This document shows positions 9,998-20,557 of a DNA stretch of 64,000 nucleotides, piece by piece (position 1 is the stretch's first letter; each line of letters opens with the position of its first letter). The stretch is from the NCBI GenBank assembly GCA_964607485.1, contig CAZSKP010000015.1, positions 1 through 64,000 of the forward strand. The letters run 5' to 3'. The notes under the pieces were generated by a model. It searched no databases, was not told the origin of the DNA, and worked only from the letters and a program-made list of their open reading frames with translations. A program made the position numbers and the translations under genes. The DNA comes from an uncultured bacterium. Lineage in GTDB: Bacteria; Abyssobacteria; SURF-5.

Positions 9998-10014
9998 TGG
10001 CCGTCGAGCGCTCC

Positions 10015-10048
10015 AAAAAAAACGCCGCACTCCCGTAGGAAATGCGGC
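10015..10048 (-). terminator. Intrinsic terminator, expression platform of the TPP riboswitch
   Basis: Minus strand GCCGCATTTCC-TAC-GGGAGTGCGGC-G-TTTTTTTT, between the aptamer and thiS. Confidence 0.85.
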
Positions 10049-10085
10049 CCTGAACTCATCATTTTCAGCGAAAGCAGCTTCTCTG

Positions 10086-10170
10086 TCCGCTTCCCTACGC
10101 TGGAATTACCCAGATCAGGTTCGAAGGGTTGTCACGAAGACTCTCAGTGTCTCAGCACACCCCTAGCTCA
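10086..10170 (-). ncRNA. TPP riboswitch (THI element)
   Basis: Minus strand GCTAGGGGTG...CTGAGA...ACCCTTCGAACCTGATCTGGGTAATTCCAGCGTAGGGAAGC, upstream of thiS. Confidence 0.95.
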
Positions 10171-10175
10171 CCATA

Positions 10176-10204
10176 ATTCTAACACGCCGCGGGGACGGTG
10201 TCAA
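10176..10204 (-). promoter_or_regulatory. Sigma-70 promoter for the thi leader
   Basis: TTGACA-17 nt-TAGAAT immediately upstream of the riboswitch. Confidence 0.8.
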
Positions 10205-10348
10205 GAAACCAGGGAATCCCCTGTTTTGACCTCTCTTTCTTTTCTCTTCTTACGGACGGTTTGTGACGGCCAAAAACCTCGGAAATTGATGCTTGATGGA
10301 GTATTACACATGGTCGTTGAAAAAAAGGAGGGGAAGGCGTAAGAGAGA

Positions 10349-11320
10349 TTAGATTAGACGCAAGGTATGGTGAAAGAGCTCTGTGAAAAAATCTTCCCGC
10401 ACCTCCGGTTTTTCAAGAATTTCGATAATGCTGAACTTTTTCTCAACGAGACGGTCTTCGCCAATACGCCTTTCTAGCTCGGGAGTGTAAACGGCTCCAA
10501 GGTAAAAGTTCTTGCATCGTGGGCTTGCTTGGATTGCGTGTTGAAACGACTTTGTTGCAGCACCGTAACGTTCCAGAGCTCCGGCGGGGTCCGTTCCACC
10601 TTTGATTTCGATAACGACGGCTAAAACGTCTCCTTGGGTGAATGAAATATCTGGTTCCGAGCCGAATCGCATGATGCTATTATCCCGCAGAGTGCATACA
10701 CGAGGGATACTTTCGTAAACCTTTTGCTTGCTCAGTTCAGGTTCAAGAATAAGGTTCTTTTCAATCAGCCATTCAAGGATAAGGGTTCGGATTCGCTCTT
10801 CAGCTATTTCACCAACCTTGTTCCGCATTCTACCATCGAGGGTTATGCCCAGGTTAGCAATGATTGTGCGGTTGCCGTCCTCAAGGGTCCAATCAGTAGA
10901 ATTCTTGATAATAGAACAAATAAAGACATTATAGGTTCGAGCCATTTTGAGAGCTTTTTCACTACTCAATCGGGCTCGAGGATTGCCCGCCTCGAGAGAA
11001 TCAACAGATCCGAAGTACCCTCTAACAGCCTTTAAAGAGAGGCCGCAAAGGCCTCGGTAGTAGAAACTCGTAACCGGTCTTTCCAAGAGTATGTCCGGAT
11101 GACAGAAAACAAACTTGGGATCATATCCTTGGGCTGTTACGGCATATTCCCATACCTCAGGGTCGATCGAAAGATTACTGAACGGTTTCCACTTAAGATG
11201 TGAGGAAAACTCTTGAATGAGCTTGACGGCTTGAAGGTCGTTCCGTTTCTGGAGAGAAGTGACAATCAATAGCGACTTGATGCGGCGCAGTTCATCTGAG
11301 TAAGGGTTTGATTCTGACAT
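10349..11320 (-). CDS. Type II restriction endonuclease, PD-(D/E)xK (XcyI/AvaI-BsoBI-like)
   Basis: EPDISF...IEIKGGTDPAGA catalytic motif; directly downstream of a DNA methyltransferase; visibly AT-richer than its flanks. Confidence 0.8.
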   Translation of the reverse strand: MSESNPYSDELRRIKSLLIVTSLQKRNDLQAVKLIQEFSSHLKWKPFSNLSIDPEVWEYAVTAQGYDPKFVFCHPDILLERPVTSFYYRGLCGLSLKAVRGYFGSVDSLEAGNPRARLSSEKALKMARTYNVFICSIIKNSTDWTLEDGNRTIIANLGITLDGRMRNKVGEIAEERIRTLILEWLIEKNLILEPELSKQKVYESIPRVCTLRDNSIMRFGSEPDISFTQGDVLAVVIEIKGGTDPAGALERYGAATKSFQHAIQASPRCKNFYLGAVYTPELERRIGEDRLVEKKFSIIEILEKPEVREDFFTELFHHTLRLI

Positions 11321-11346
11321 GACCTAAGTGTCTTGTTCGCGGTTCG

Positions 11347-12801
11347 TTATTGATTCGTCGGTTTTGACCAGACATAGACGCACTTGCGAATTTCGTTTCG
11401 TCCGTAAGCTCCCATCTGCTGGCTGCTGTTTCCTTTCCCTCGCGAGAGGGTCCAAATATGGTCGATTGACAGTCCGGCACTGTCAGCAAAGTCCGAAAGG
11501 ATGAGGTCAACCGGGACTTCTTCGCCATTGTATTGGACGTTGTCGTTAACCATTACAATGCGTCCACCGGGAGCGAGAACGCGGGAAAGTTCCCTTATAA
11601 CCAGATTCATCTCAAGAAAATAATTCTCCACCATTATGGGGATGTTGTTGTTGTTAAGACCGCCGTTTTCACGGCTATTGTATAAGATCTGCAAAACCTC
11701 GTGTAAAGCCTCCTGTCCATTGAAGGCCTCTACAGCGGCTCCAAAGAGATCGCTCTGGTTGCGGGAGCTGTACTCTTGTGCTAGTTGCTCACGTTTCGAT
11801 TTATTCTCCACGGTGCTGGAGAGGAGGGTTTGGCGTAACCTCTTGAGTGCAACTTCGTCATATCCCCAAAATGCCAATTCAAGGGCGTAGGTTCGTGTGT
11901 AGTCATAACGGTTACAATAGGGAGGAGAAGTTATAATCAAATCATAAAAGGAATCAGGAAGCAGGGGAAGTCTTGTAAGACAAGAGCCTTCGATGATTTC
12001 CACGTAAGAGGACACAACTTCATCGTTTCGCTTCTTAATGTCCTCCAACATTACTCGTAATTGGCGGAGGATAGCTTCCCTAAAATCGGGGATATTACCC
12101 TTATTAAATTTTGATCTTAGAGACCTACTGGAGCGAGAATCCCAACGTAAATACTGACCGTCCTTGCGCGTGTAGCTTATTTCCTCCAGTATTGCCAGAC
12201 AGGCAAACCAGAACAAGAAGCGCACGTCGACGTTTCGGATTGAAGCAAGGAAGCTGTTGTAGGCTGAAAGGGCTATTTCTGTGTTTCTTGGAAAAGCTCC
12301 TCTGGTGATTTGCAGATGAGGAAAGTTGAATCTTTTCCCATAGCAGAAATCTAGAGGGACTTTTTCGAGCTTTTCCAAGTGGTACTCGAAGGATCGGATA
12401 CTTACCGTGTCAGCCAAGATCCGGGCCCGAATAGCGGCTACCCCCACGGGAAGGAGCTCAATGCCTGTCGCCATCCATCCAGCCCTTGCTGAGGTTGTTA
12501 GGGTTGTTCCAGCACCGGCAAATGGGTCCAGAACTTTGGGAGTCGAACCCGGGATTACATGGAAGTGGTCAAGAAAATACCGAACAAGTTGGGAAGAAAA
12601 TGCTTCCTTATATTTCAGCCAACGATAGAAAGGAGCACTCTTATTAGCTTGAAAAGAAACCAAGGTGCGGGAAAGGTCTGGATTTGCTGTAAGCTCACTC
12701 GCGTATCGGCGGTACAGTATTGCTCTCTTGGATTGCGATGATCGAATAGTAATTACTTGCGGTTTGTCATTAGACTTTATTGCGAATGATTTCTGCTTCA
12801 A
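11347..12801 (-). CDS. Site-specific DNA methyltransferase, N4-cytosine type, alpha motif order
   Basis: Motif I VLDPFAGAGTT precedes motif IV ITSPPY(CNRYDYTRTYALEL); FYRWLKYKEAFS; TTG start. Confidence 0.9.
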   Translation of the reverse strand: MKQKSFAIKSNDKPQVITIRSSQSKRAILYRRYASELTANPDLSRTLVSFQANKSAPFYRWLKYKEAFSSQLVRYFLDHFHVIPGSTPKVLDPFAGAGTTLTTSARAGWMATGIELLPVGVAAIRARILADTVSIRSFEYHLEKLEKVPLDFCYGKRFNFPHLQITRGAFPRNTEIALSAYNSFLASIRNVDVRFLFWFACLAILEEISYTRKDGQYLRWDSRSSRSLRSKFNKGNIPDFREAILRQLRVMLEDIKKRNDEVVSSYVEIIEGSCLTRLPLLPDSFYDLIITSPPYCNRYDYTRTYALELAFWGYDEVALKRLRQTLLSSTVENKSKREQLAQEYSSRNQSDLFGAAVEAFNGQEALHEVLQILYNSRENGGLNNNNIPIMVENYFLEMNLVIRELSRVLAPGGRIVMVNDNVQYNGEEVPVDLILSDFADSAGLSIDHIWTLSRGKGNSSQQMGAYGRNEIRKCVYVWSKPTNQ

Positions 12802-12859
12802 AGTCAGAACATTCCCCGAGACCTAAGAGAATTTTTCGAATACCGCATCTCCATTTTCA

Positions 12860-12887
12860 ATTATAGTGAATAAACTCGAAATGTCAA
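12860..12887 (-). promoter_or_regulatory. Sigma-70 promoter for the R-M operon
   Basis: TTGACA-16 nt-TATAAT on the minus strand. Confidence 0.65.
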
Positions 12888-12938
12888 GTCCCGAATTATC
12901 GGGCAAGATACGACGCTGGAAAACCCTGATGCATTAGC

Positions 12939-13181
12939 TCAGGAAGAGTATTTCTCTTCCAGGTACTTGTTTATGTCGTCCGACTCGTACATGCGGACGT
13001 CGTTGTCCGTATCGATCAGGAACGGGACCTGCACCTTGCCGCCGAGTTTTTCGAGAAGCGCTTCCTTCTTGCTGCCTGAATCACGCACGTTGCGGCAGAT
13101 GTAGTCCAAGTCCAATTCGGTCATCTTGGCGCGTACCTTCTGGCAATACGGGCATCCTTCTTTTTGGTAAAGTTCGAGCAT
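12939..13181 (-). CDS. Glutaredoxin / GST N-terminal domain protein
   Basis: MLELYQKEGCPYC, GGKVQVPFLID and MYESDDI; SD AGGAGG before ATG 13181. Confidence 0.9.
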   Translation of the reverse strand: MLELYQKEGCPYCQKVRAKMTELDLDYICRNVRDSGSKKEALLEKLGGKVQVPFLIDTDNDVRMYESDDINKYLEEKYSS

Positions 13182-13288
13182 TCTGTTTATCCCTCCTGCT
13201 CCGCTCCTAAGTCGCATGTGTGGGCGCAACGTGCTGCGCCCGAATAAGTATAGATTAATCCCTCCTCACCGATAGCACAGAGCAAAAC

Positions 13289-13744
13289 TTAGTTTTCCGG
13301 CTGGAACATGTCGTCGTACAGCCGCTCCAGCCTCTGCTTGTGTTTCTTCTCTTCCGAGGCGAGCCTGTTGAGAAGATTCTGAAGGCTCTCGCCGGCATGC
13401 TTGGTGAGAGAGCTGTAGAAGTCGAACGCATCAACCTCTTCGGCGATGGCATACTTCAGGACTTCCTGCATCGTGGCTTCCTTCGAAATCTGAGGCCTGT
13501 CGGAAACGCCGCTTAGTTCCGAGCGTGAAATCTTCGGCGTTTTGAACGTTCCCGCATCGTCGGGGTCGATTTTCTCAAGCGCCTGCTTGTGACCCAGTTC
13601 TTCCTGCGCGAGTTCTTTGAGAAGGCCTTTGCTTTGCTTATCCTCGACCTTTCCGGCGTATATCTCGTACATCGTCTTTGCTTCCACTTCCTTGCCTATC
13701 GCCCGATTGAGTATCTGGCGCGGCGTGAAATCGTTGGTTCCCAT
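13289..13744 (-). CDS. Rubrerythrin/ferritin-like di-iron protein
   Basis: Two repeats of E-x6-Y...LAxEExxH; SD GGAGG; no rubredoxin domain. Confidence 0.85.
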   Translation of the reverse strand: MGTNDFTPRQILNRAIGKEVEAKTMYEIYAGKVEDKQSKGLLKELAQEELGHKQALEKIDPDDAGTFKTPKISRSELSGVSDRPQISKEATMQEVLKYAIAEEVDAFDFYSSLTKHAGESLQNLLNRLASEEKKHKQRLERLYDDMFQPEN

Positions 13745-13806
13745 TCTTCTTCTTTCCTCCTGTTTTGGTCAGTCATCCACGGAACGTTCATATGCATCGG
13801 AATCGT

Positions 13807-14811
13807 TCATGCCAGATTCCGGATTATCCGGTCCGCCTCGTCCACTCCCTCTGCCTTCACCTCGATCATGTCTGCGCTGCCCACTCCGAGCCCCAGTTCG
13901 ACGGCTCGCTTTATCATTCTCTGGTCCCAGACGCTCCGTTGCTGAATATCCTCGCGAGTTCCCAGCGTCTTGAGGAGCGCCAGGCCGAGGACATCGCACG
14001 CAACCGGGTCCTTTCCCGCGAACACTATGCCCGTCTCGCGCTCACGGCCCGAATCGGGCCCGCCTTCGACGAACACCTTGCGTCCGTCCAGAACATACAG
14101 GCTGGGCCGAACCGCCAGGTTGATCTCCGCTATTCGCTCCGGCAGCGAAAACGACATGTGCATCAGCATGCAGTTGAACGGGGCAAGCAAGCCTACCGAA
14201 TTCTTCAGCGACATCGTGAAGTTGGCCAGCATATGTGTGCGCACGGTCGGGAGGTAAATCACATGGTCGAATTCCGAGACGGGCGCCGCTATGCGGAATT
14301 CGCCGCCCCAGTTCTTGGCGGCCGGCTGACGGCTGACGCTCCACTTCGCCTTGTCGAACGGAATCACCTCCGCGCCCGCTCTTTTGGCGGCGGGCCCGAT
14401 GCCCGACCTTTCAAGAACCGCCGTGGCGCTCTTGAGAAAGAACGGCTTGTCGGCTACTGCGACGCGGGAGGCTCCCCGCCGCGCGCATTGCTCCACCAAC
14501 AGCGACACCACCGCCGGGTCGGTCGTTGCAGGGAAAGGATTCGATGAGTTCATCGCCGGCTTGATGAGCACGCTTTCGCCCGGTTGGACAAAATCGAGCC
14601 CGCCGGCCATCTCGATTACACGATTGACCGCCTCGAGCCCGTCGCGCGCGCGGACCATCGCGACCTTTGCCTCAACGGGAGGACCGCCTGGTGGCGTGGC
14701 CGGAGGCGTTCCTTCCAATTCGTCGGAAAATACGTTGCCCCCCGTTGCGGCCACGAGTGAGGCCGCTGCTCCGGCTTGAATGAATGCTCTCCTTGAAATG
14801 CGCCGTGTCAT
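13807..14811 (-). CDS. DUF362 domain protein with twin-arginine signal peptide
   Basis: SRRAFIQ Tat motif; VLIKP, TTDP, LPTVRTH, TMSLKN and DPVACD motifs. Confidence 0.8.
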   Translation of the reverse strand: MTRRISRRAFIQAGAAASLVAATGGNVFSDELEGTPPATPPGGPPVEAKVAMVRARDGLEAVNRVIEMAGGLDFVQPGESVLIKPAMNSSNPFPATTDPAVVSLLVEQCARRGASRVAVADKPFFLKSATAVLERSGIGPAAKRAGAEVIPFDKAKWSVSRQPAAKNWGGEFRIAAPVSEFDHVIYLPTVRTHMLANFTMSLKNSVGLLAPFNCMLMHMSFSLPERIAEINLAVRPSLYVLDGRKVFVEGGPDSGRERETGIVFAGKDPVACDVLGLALLKTLGTREDIQQRSVWDQRMIKRAVELGLGVGSADMIEVKAEGVDEADRIIRNLA

Positions 14812-14848
14812 CTGTTTTACACCGATTTTGCGCGGTCAGAATCGAAGG

Positions 14849-15008
14849 GCCGATAGCCTCATAACATCATATCACGCCGCACGTTGAATCGCTATCGGCG
14901 CTTTATGCGCGGGTCGCGCCGGGGTGAACGCATAAAGCGGGGCAGCATCCTTTCTCTCTGTGTCGAATGAATCTCTCAGGCGCGACAAAGGCAAAAAGGG
15001 CGCTGCCC
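14849..15008. repeat. Three consecutive inverted repeats in the intergenic region
   Basis: GCCGATAGC/GCTATCGGC (14849-14857/14891-14899), GCTTTATGCG/CGCATAAAGC (14900-14909/14929-14938) and GGGCAGC..CCTTT/AAAGG..GCTGCCC (14940-15008). Confidence 0.6.
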
Positions 15009-15030
15009 TGGTTGTCTCTCTACGGAAGAG

Positions 15031-15492
15031 CTACCCGAAATAACGGTACAGCACTTCGGCCACGCAGCTGGGTTTGCTTTCGCCCTCGACTTCGAATGTC
15101 AGTTTGATCGTGCTCTGCAGCCCATTGGCGACGTCTTCGACGTTGACGAGGTCGGCCTTTGCCCGTACCTTCTTGCCGACCTTGACCGGAGAGGGAAAGC
15201 GCAGCTTATTGATTCCGTAGTTGATTCCCATCTGGACGCCCTCGACCGCCAGTATCTGGCTGAGCAGGTACGGCGCGAGCGACAGGGTGTAGTATCCGTG
15301 CGCGATGGTCTGTCCCCAGGGGGACTCCTTCTTGCAACGCTCCGGGTCGATGTGAATCCATTGATGGTCGTGGGTGGCCTTGGCGAACGTGTTGATTTCC
15401 TCTTGAGTGACCTCGTGCCACTCGCTTACTCCAAGCTCTTTTCCCTTCATCGATTTCATTTCGTCCAGGCCTTTGATTACCGTCTTAGCCAT
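15031..15492 (-). CDS. MaoC family (R)-enoyl-CoA hydratase/dehydratase
   Basis: FAKATHDHQWIHIDPE, TIAHGY and NYGINKLRFPSPV. Alternative start GTG 15504. Confidence 0.92.
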   Translation of the reverse strand: MAKTVIKGLDEMKSMKGKELGVSEWHEVTQEEINTFAKATHDHQWIHIDPERCKKESPWGQTIAHGYYTLSLAPYLLSQILAVEGVQMGINYGINKLRFPSPVKVGKKVRAKADLVNVEDVANGLQSTIKLTFEVEGESKPSCVAEVLYRYFG

Positions 15493-15604
15493 TGCTCGAT
15501 TCACCTCCCGATTCTTCTCTTCGCAATGTTGAGTTTGAGGCGGTGTCTTGCCGGAGCGGGCAGAGACAGCCGTAGTATATCCAATTTGTACTTATAATGC
15601 AATA

Positions 15605-16861
15605 TCAGTCCGGTCTTGAATCGCTGTCCGACGCGGCCCCTTCCGATGTCTCAGTCCGCTTCCCAAGCAGACCCGCGCGCTGCGCCGCTCCCCGCAGGAG
15701 TTTCTTCGCCCAGACAAACTCCGTCGCGAGTATCGCAAGCCCGGCCGGGATCACAATCACCGCCGGCCCCGGCAGGACAATCATCGCCACGCCGACAAGA
15801 AGCACGCTCGTTCCCACGACGAGGACCACGATTCGTCTGGCCTGCTTGTATGTCAGCGTCAGCAGTTCCTCCAACTCGTCGGCGAGAGGCGACACGAGGG
15901 CCGCGGCATTCCTATTAGTCGCCAGAACGGAGACGACTATGCCGACAAGAAGGATAATGCTGATCACCACGAGGGAGACAAAGGTCGGAATGTGATAATG
16001 GTGGGAGAGGAGCATCTTGACACCCACGAACGCCATCAGGAAGACCAGGCTTATCTTGACGTAGCGGAACCGGTTCATTATGCCGGCGAGGACGAAGTAC
16101 AACGACCGCAGGCCGAGTATCGCGAAGATGTTCGAGGTGAAGACGAGAAACGGGTCGTGTGTAATCGCAAAAATGGCCGGTATGGAATCGACGGCGAAGA
16201 GCACGTCGCTGCTCTCGACCAGAAGCAAGGCGAGAAACAGGGGCGTGATGGCGGTGCGGCCGTTGACACTCGTGAAAAACCTCGCCCCCTCGATATCCGT
16301 GCTGACGGGATACAGCTTCCGGGCGAGCCTGACCAGCGGATTCCTATCGGGCACGAGGTTGTCGTGACGCACTATGAGTATTCGTATGGCTGTCAGAATC
16401 AGCAGGGCGCCGAAGACATAAATTATCCAGTCGAAACGGCGGATGAGAACGCTCCCGGCCGCGATCATCACTCCACGCAACACCAGCGCTCCGAGAATGC
16501 CCCAGAAGAGGACTCGATGCTGATACTTGGAGGGGACGCGGAAATAGGAGAAAATGAGGGCGATAACGAATATGTTGTCGAGGCTGAGACTCTTTTCGAT
16601 GACGTAGCCGGTGAGGAACTGGAGCGCGGCCTGTCGGCCGCCGGCCTCGGCGCCGGGCTGCATGCCGATGCCGAGCCAGTGATGCTCATACATGAAATAG
16701 ACGCCGACATTGAACGCAAGCGCCAGAGCGATCCAAAGAGTTGTCCACGCGAAGGCTTCTTTGATGCCGATTGTGTGCGTTTCTCTGTTGATCACGCCCA
16801 GGTCTAGGGCGAGCATGGCCAGCACAAACGCGATGAAGCCTGTCCAAATCCAGATAATCAT
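15605..16861 (-). CDS. TerC/Alx family membrane protein with C-terminal PGPGW-like domain
   Basis: EKSLSLDNIFV, QHRVLFWGILGALVLRG, FAVDSIPA and SNIFAILGLRSLY; C-terminal LPGP...GLAILATEFVWA. Confidence 0.9.
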   Translation of the reverse strand: MIIWIWTGFIAFVLAMLALDLGVINRETHTIGIKEAFAWTTLWIALALAFNVGVYFMYEHHWLGIGMQPGAEAGGRQAALQFLTGYVIEKSLSLDNIFVIALIFSYFRVPSKYQHRVLFWGILGALVLRGVMIAAGSVLIRRFDWIIYVFGALLILTAIRILIVRHDNLVPDRNPLVRLARKLYPVSTDIEGARFFTSVNGRTAITPLFLALLLVESSDVLFAVDSIPAIFAITHDPFLVFTSNIFAILGLRSLYFVLAGIMNRFRYVKISLVFLMAFVGVKMLLSHHYHIPTFVSLVVISIILLVGIVVSVLATNRNAAALVSPLADELEELLTLTYKQARRIVVLVVGTSVLLVGVAMIVLPGPAVIVIPAGLAILATEFVWAKKLLRGAAQRAGLLGKRTETSEGAASDSDSRPD

Positions 16862-16972
16862 GTCGTAGATGTTTGGTGTAGGTTATGGAGACCGAGAAGG
16901 TACTGCTCTTCTTTCATTCTCGCTCGGCCAATGGAGCGCAATATGGCGGAGGAGATGAAGGGGGCGGCATGC

Positions 16973-18355
<1,383 letters not shown>

Positions 18356-18369
18356 CGGCTGAGTCCTTC

Positions 18370-19572
18370 CTATCTTCCCAGCAGCGCGCGGATACGCAGT
18401 CTGAGCGCATTCAGCCGGATGAATCCCTCGGCGTCGGCCTGGTTGTACACGGTTTCGTGTTCGAACGTGGCGAAATCGGTGTGATACAGCGAGCGGGGAG
18501 ACTTGCGGCCTACCACACTGCACGTGCCCTTGTATAGTTTGAGCCTGACGACGCCGCTCACGCCTTGTTGAGTGTCGTCGATTATCTTTCGCATCAACTC
18601 GGTCTCCGGCGCGAACCAGAAGCCGTAATAGACAAGCTCCGAGTAGCGGGGCACAAGGGAATCTCTCAGGTGCATCACCTCGCGGTCGAGCGCGATCGAT
18701 TCCAGCGCACGATGGGCGGCGTGGAGGACGGTGCCGCCGGGCGTCTCGTAAACGCCCCGCGATTTCATGCCCACGAATCTGTTCTCCACCATATCGACCC
18801 GTCCCACGCCGTTTTTGCCGGCGATTTCGTTCAGTGCGGTCAGGAGCGCCACCGGGCCTCGCCGCTGTCCGTCGAGCGCAACGGGTACGCCGCTCTCGAA
18901 TTCCAGTTCGATATAGGTCGGCTTGTCGGGAGCGCGCTCGGGCGAGGTCGTGAGCGTGAACATGTCCTCCGGCGGCTCTCTCCACGGGTCTTCGAGAATG
19001 CCGCCCTCATAGCTGATGTGGAACAGGTTCCGGTCGCTGCTGTACGGTTTTTCCTCGGTGACCGTGATGGGGATGGCGCAGTCGCGGGCATACGTGATGA
19101 GATCTGAGCGCGATTTGAACGTCCACTCGCGCCACGGCGCTATGACCGTTATCGAGGGCTCGAGGGCGAAATAGGTGAGCTCGAAGCGCACCTGATCGTT
19201 GCCCTTTCCCGTTGCTCCGTGGGCGACGGCGTCGGCGCCCTCTTTGCGCGCTATCTCGATCTGCTTCTTCGCAATCAGCGGGCGCGCTATCGATGTGCCG
19301 AGCAGGTATGTGCCTTCGTAGGCCAGGTTCGCCTTGAGCGCGGGGAAGACGAAGTCGCGCACGAACTCTTCTTTCAAGTCCTCGACGTACACGTTGCTCG
19401 CGCCGGTCTTGCGCGCTTTTTCGTGTAACGGGTCGAGCTCCTCGCCCTGGCCCAGGTCGGCGGTGAACGCGACCACCTCCGCGCTGTAGTTATCCAACAG
19501 CCACCTGAGTATGACGGAGGTGTCGAGCCCGCCCGAATAGGCGAGAACAATCTTTTTGACGTCTTTTTTCAT
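18370..19572 (-). CDS. argG: Argininosuccinate synthase
   Basis: [23 protein letters not shown] and [10 protein letters not shown]; probable start ATG 19572. Confidence 0.97.
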   Translation of the reverse strand: MKKDVKKIVLAYSGGLDTSVILRWLLDNYSAEVVAFTADLGQGEELDPLHEKARKTGASNVYVEDLKEEFVRDFVFPALKANLAYEGTYLLGTSIARPLIAKKQIEIARKEGADAVAHGATGKGNDQVRFELTYFALEPSITVIAPWREWTFKSRSDLITYARDCAIPITVTEEKPYSSDRNLFHISYEGGILEDPWREPPEDMFTLTTSPERAPDKPTYIELEFESGVPVALDGQRRGPVALLTALNEIAGKNGVGRVDMVENRFVGMKSRGVYETPGGTVLHAAHRALESIALDREVMHLRDSLVPRYSELVYYGFWFAPETELMRKIIDDTQQGVSGVVRLKLYKGTCSVVGRKSPRSLYHTDFATFEHETVYNQADAEGFIRLNALRLRIRALLGR

Positions 19573-19627
19573 CTGTTCACGCTGTCCCTTGGGAATGTCA
19601 CGCTCGTCCAAACCGCTTTAGAGTGTT

Positions 19628-20557
19628 TCAAGTCTCAGCCATCAGGAGCGTCAATATCGCCTTCTGCACATGGAGCCGGTTTTCGGCTTGATCGAAAACA
19701 ATTGACTGCGGGCCGTCGATAACCTCATCGGTAATCTCTTCGTCCCGGTGCGCCGGCAGGCAATGCATCACCAGCGCCTTCGGTCGCGCGAGCGCAAGGG
19801 CTGCCTTGTTCACCTGATACGGCGCAAACACCTGGCGCCGGTGTTCGGCCTCGTTCTCCTGTCCCATGCTCGCCCATACATCCGTGTACACGACGTGGGC
19901 TCCGTCGAGCGCTTTGGCGAGGTCGTGGGTCACGCATATGGTTGGCCCGGCCTCGGCGCGGCATTTGTCGACAATGTCGCTGTTCGGCTCGTAGCCTTGA
20001 GGACAGGCGATTGAAAAGTCCAGGCCGAGCCGCGCGGCGGCATAGAGCCACGAGTTGGCGACGTTGTTGCCGTCTCCGAGAAACGTGACCTTCATCCCGG
20101 CCAAGGAGCCCAGCTTCTCCTGTATGGTAAAACAATCGCTCAGCACCTGGCACGGGTGGAGCAGGTCGGTCAACCCGTTAATGACCGGAACCGTCGCCTC
20201 TCTCGCCAGGTCCACCACGGCATCGTGAGAAAACGTGCGGGCCATTATTCCGTCCACCAGTCGAGACAGATTTTTCGCCGTGTCGGCAACGGTCTCACGC
20301 ACGCCCATGTTGATGTCAGCGGGGCCGAGGAATATGGCGTGACCGCCGAGCTGGGTCATCCCGGTTTCGAACGTGACCCGCGTGCGCAGGCTGGGCTTCT
20401 CGAAGATCATTGCGAGAGTCTTGCCCGCAAGCGGCGTGAATTGGACCTTCTTGTGAAGCCGCTCCTTCAGCGTGGCCGCGAGCGACAGTATCTCCTCAAT
20501 CTCCCCTTTCGTGAGGTCGAAAATGGAGATGAGGTCTTTATGCTTGAGCTTCTTCAT
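19628..20557 (-). CDS. argF: Ornithine carbamoyltransferase
   Basis: FEKPSLRTR, HPCQ, YTDVWASMG, HCLP and QAENR. Confidence 0.96.
   Translation of the reverse strand: MKKLKHKDLISIFDLTKGEIEEILSLAATLKERLHKKVQFTPLAGKTLAMIFEKPSLRTRVTFETGMTQLGGHAIFLGPADINMGVRETVADTAKNLSRLVDGIMARTFSHDAVVDLAREATVPVINGLTDLLHPCQVLSDCFTIQEKLGSLAGMKVTFLGDGNNVANSWLYAAARLGLDFSIACPQGYEPNSDIVDKCRAEAGPTICVTHDLAKALDGAHVVYTDVWASMGQENEAEHRRQVFAPYQVNKAALALARPKALVMHCLPAHRDEEITDEVIDGPQSIVFDQAENRLHVQKAILTLLMAET

Noticed and set aside
14960-15000. AATCTCTCAGG resembling a glycine riboswitch segment
   Set aside because: It lacks the GGAGA and CCGAAG elements and is on the strand opposite to the flanking genes.
16862-16972. Expected yybP-ykoY riboswitch upstream of terC
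   Set aside because: No GGGGAGUA / CGUC / GAGACC consensus is visible.
18356-18985. Apparent N-terminal extension of ArgH (670-aa ORF)
   Set aside because: It is an alternate frame of argG, an open-frame artefact of high GC.
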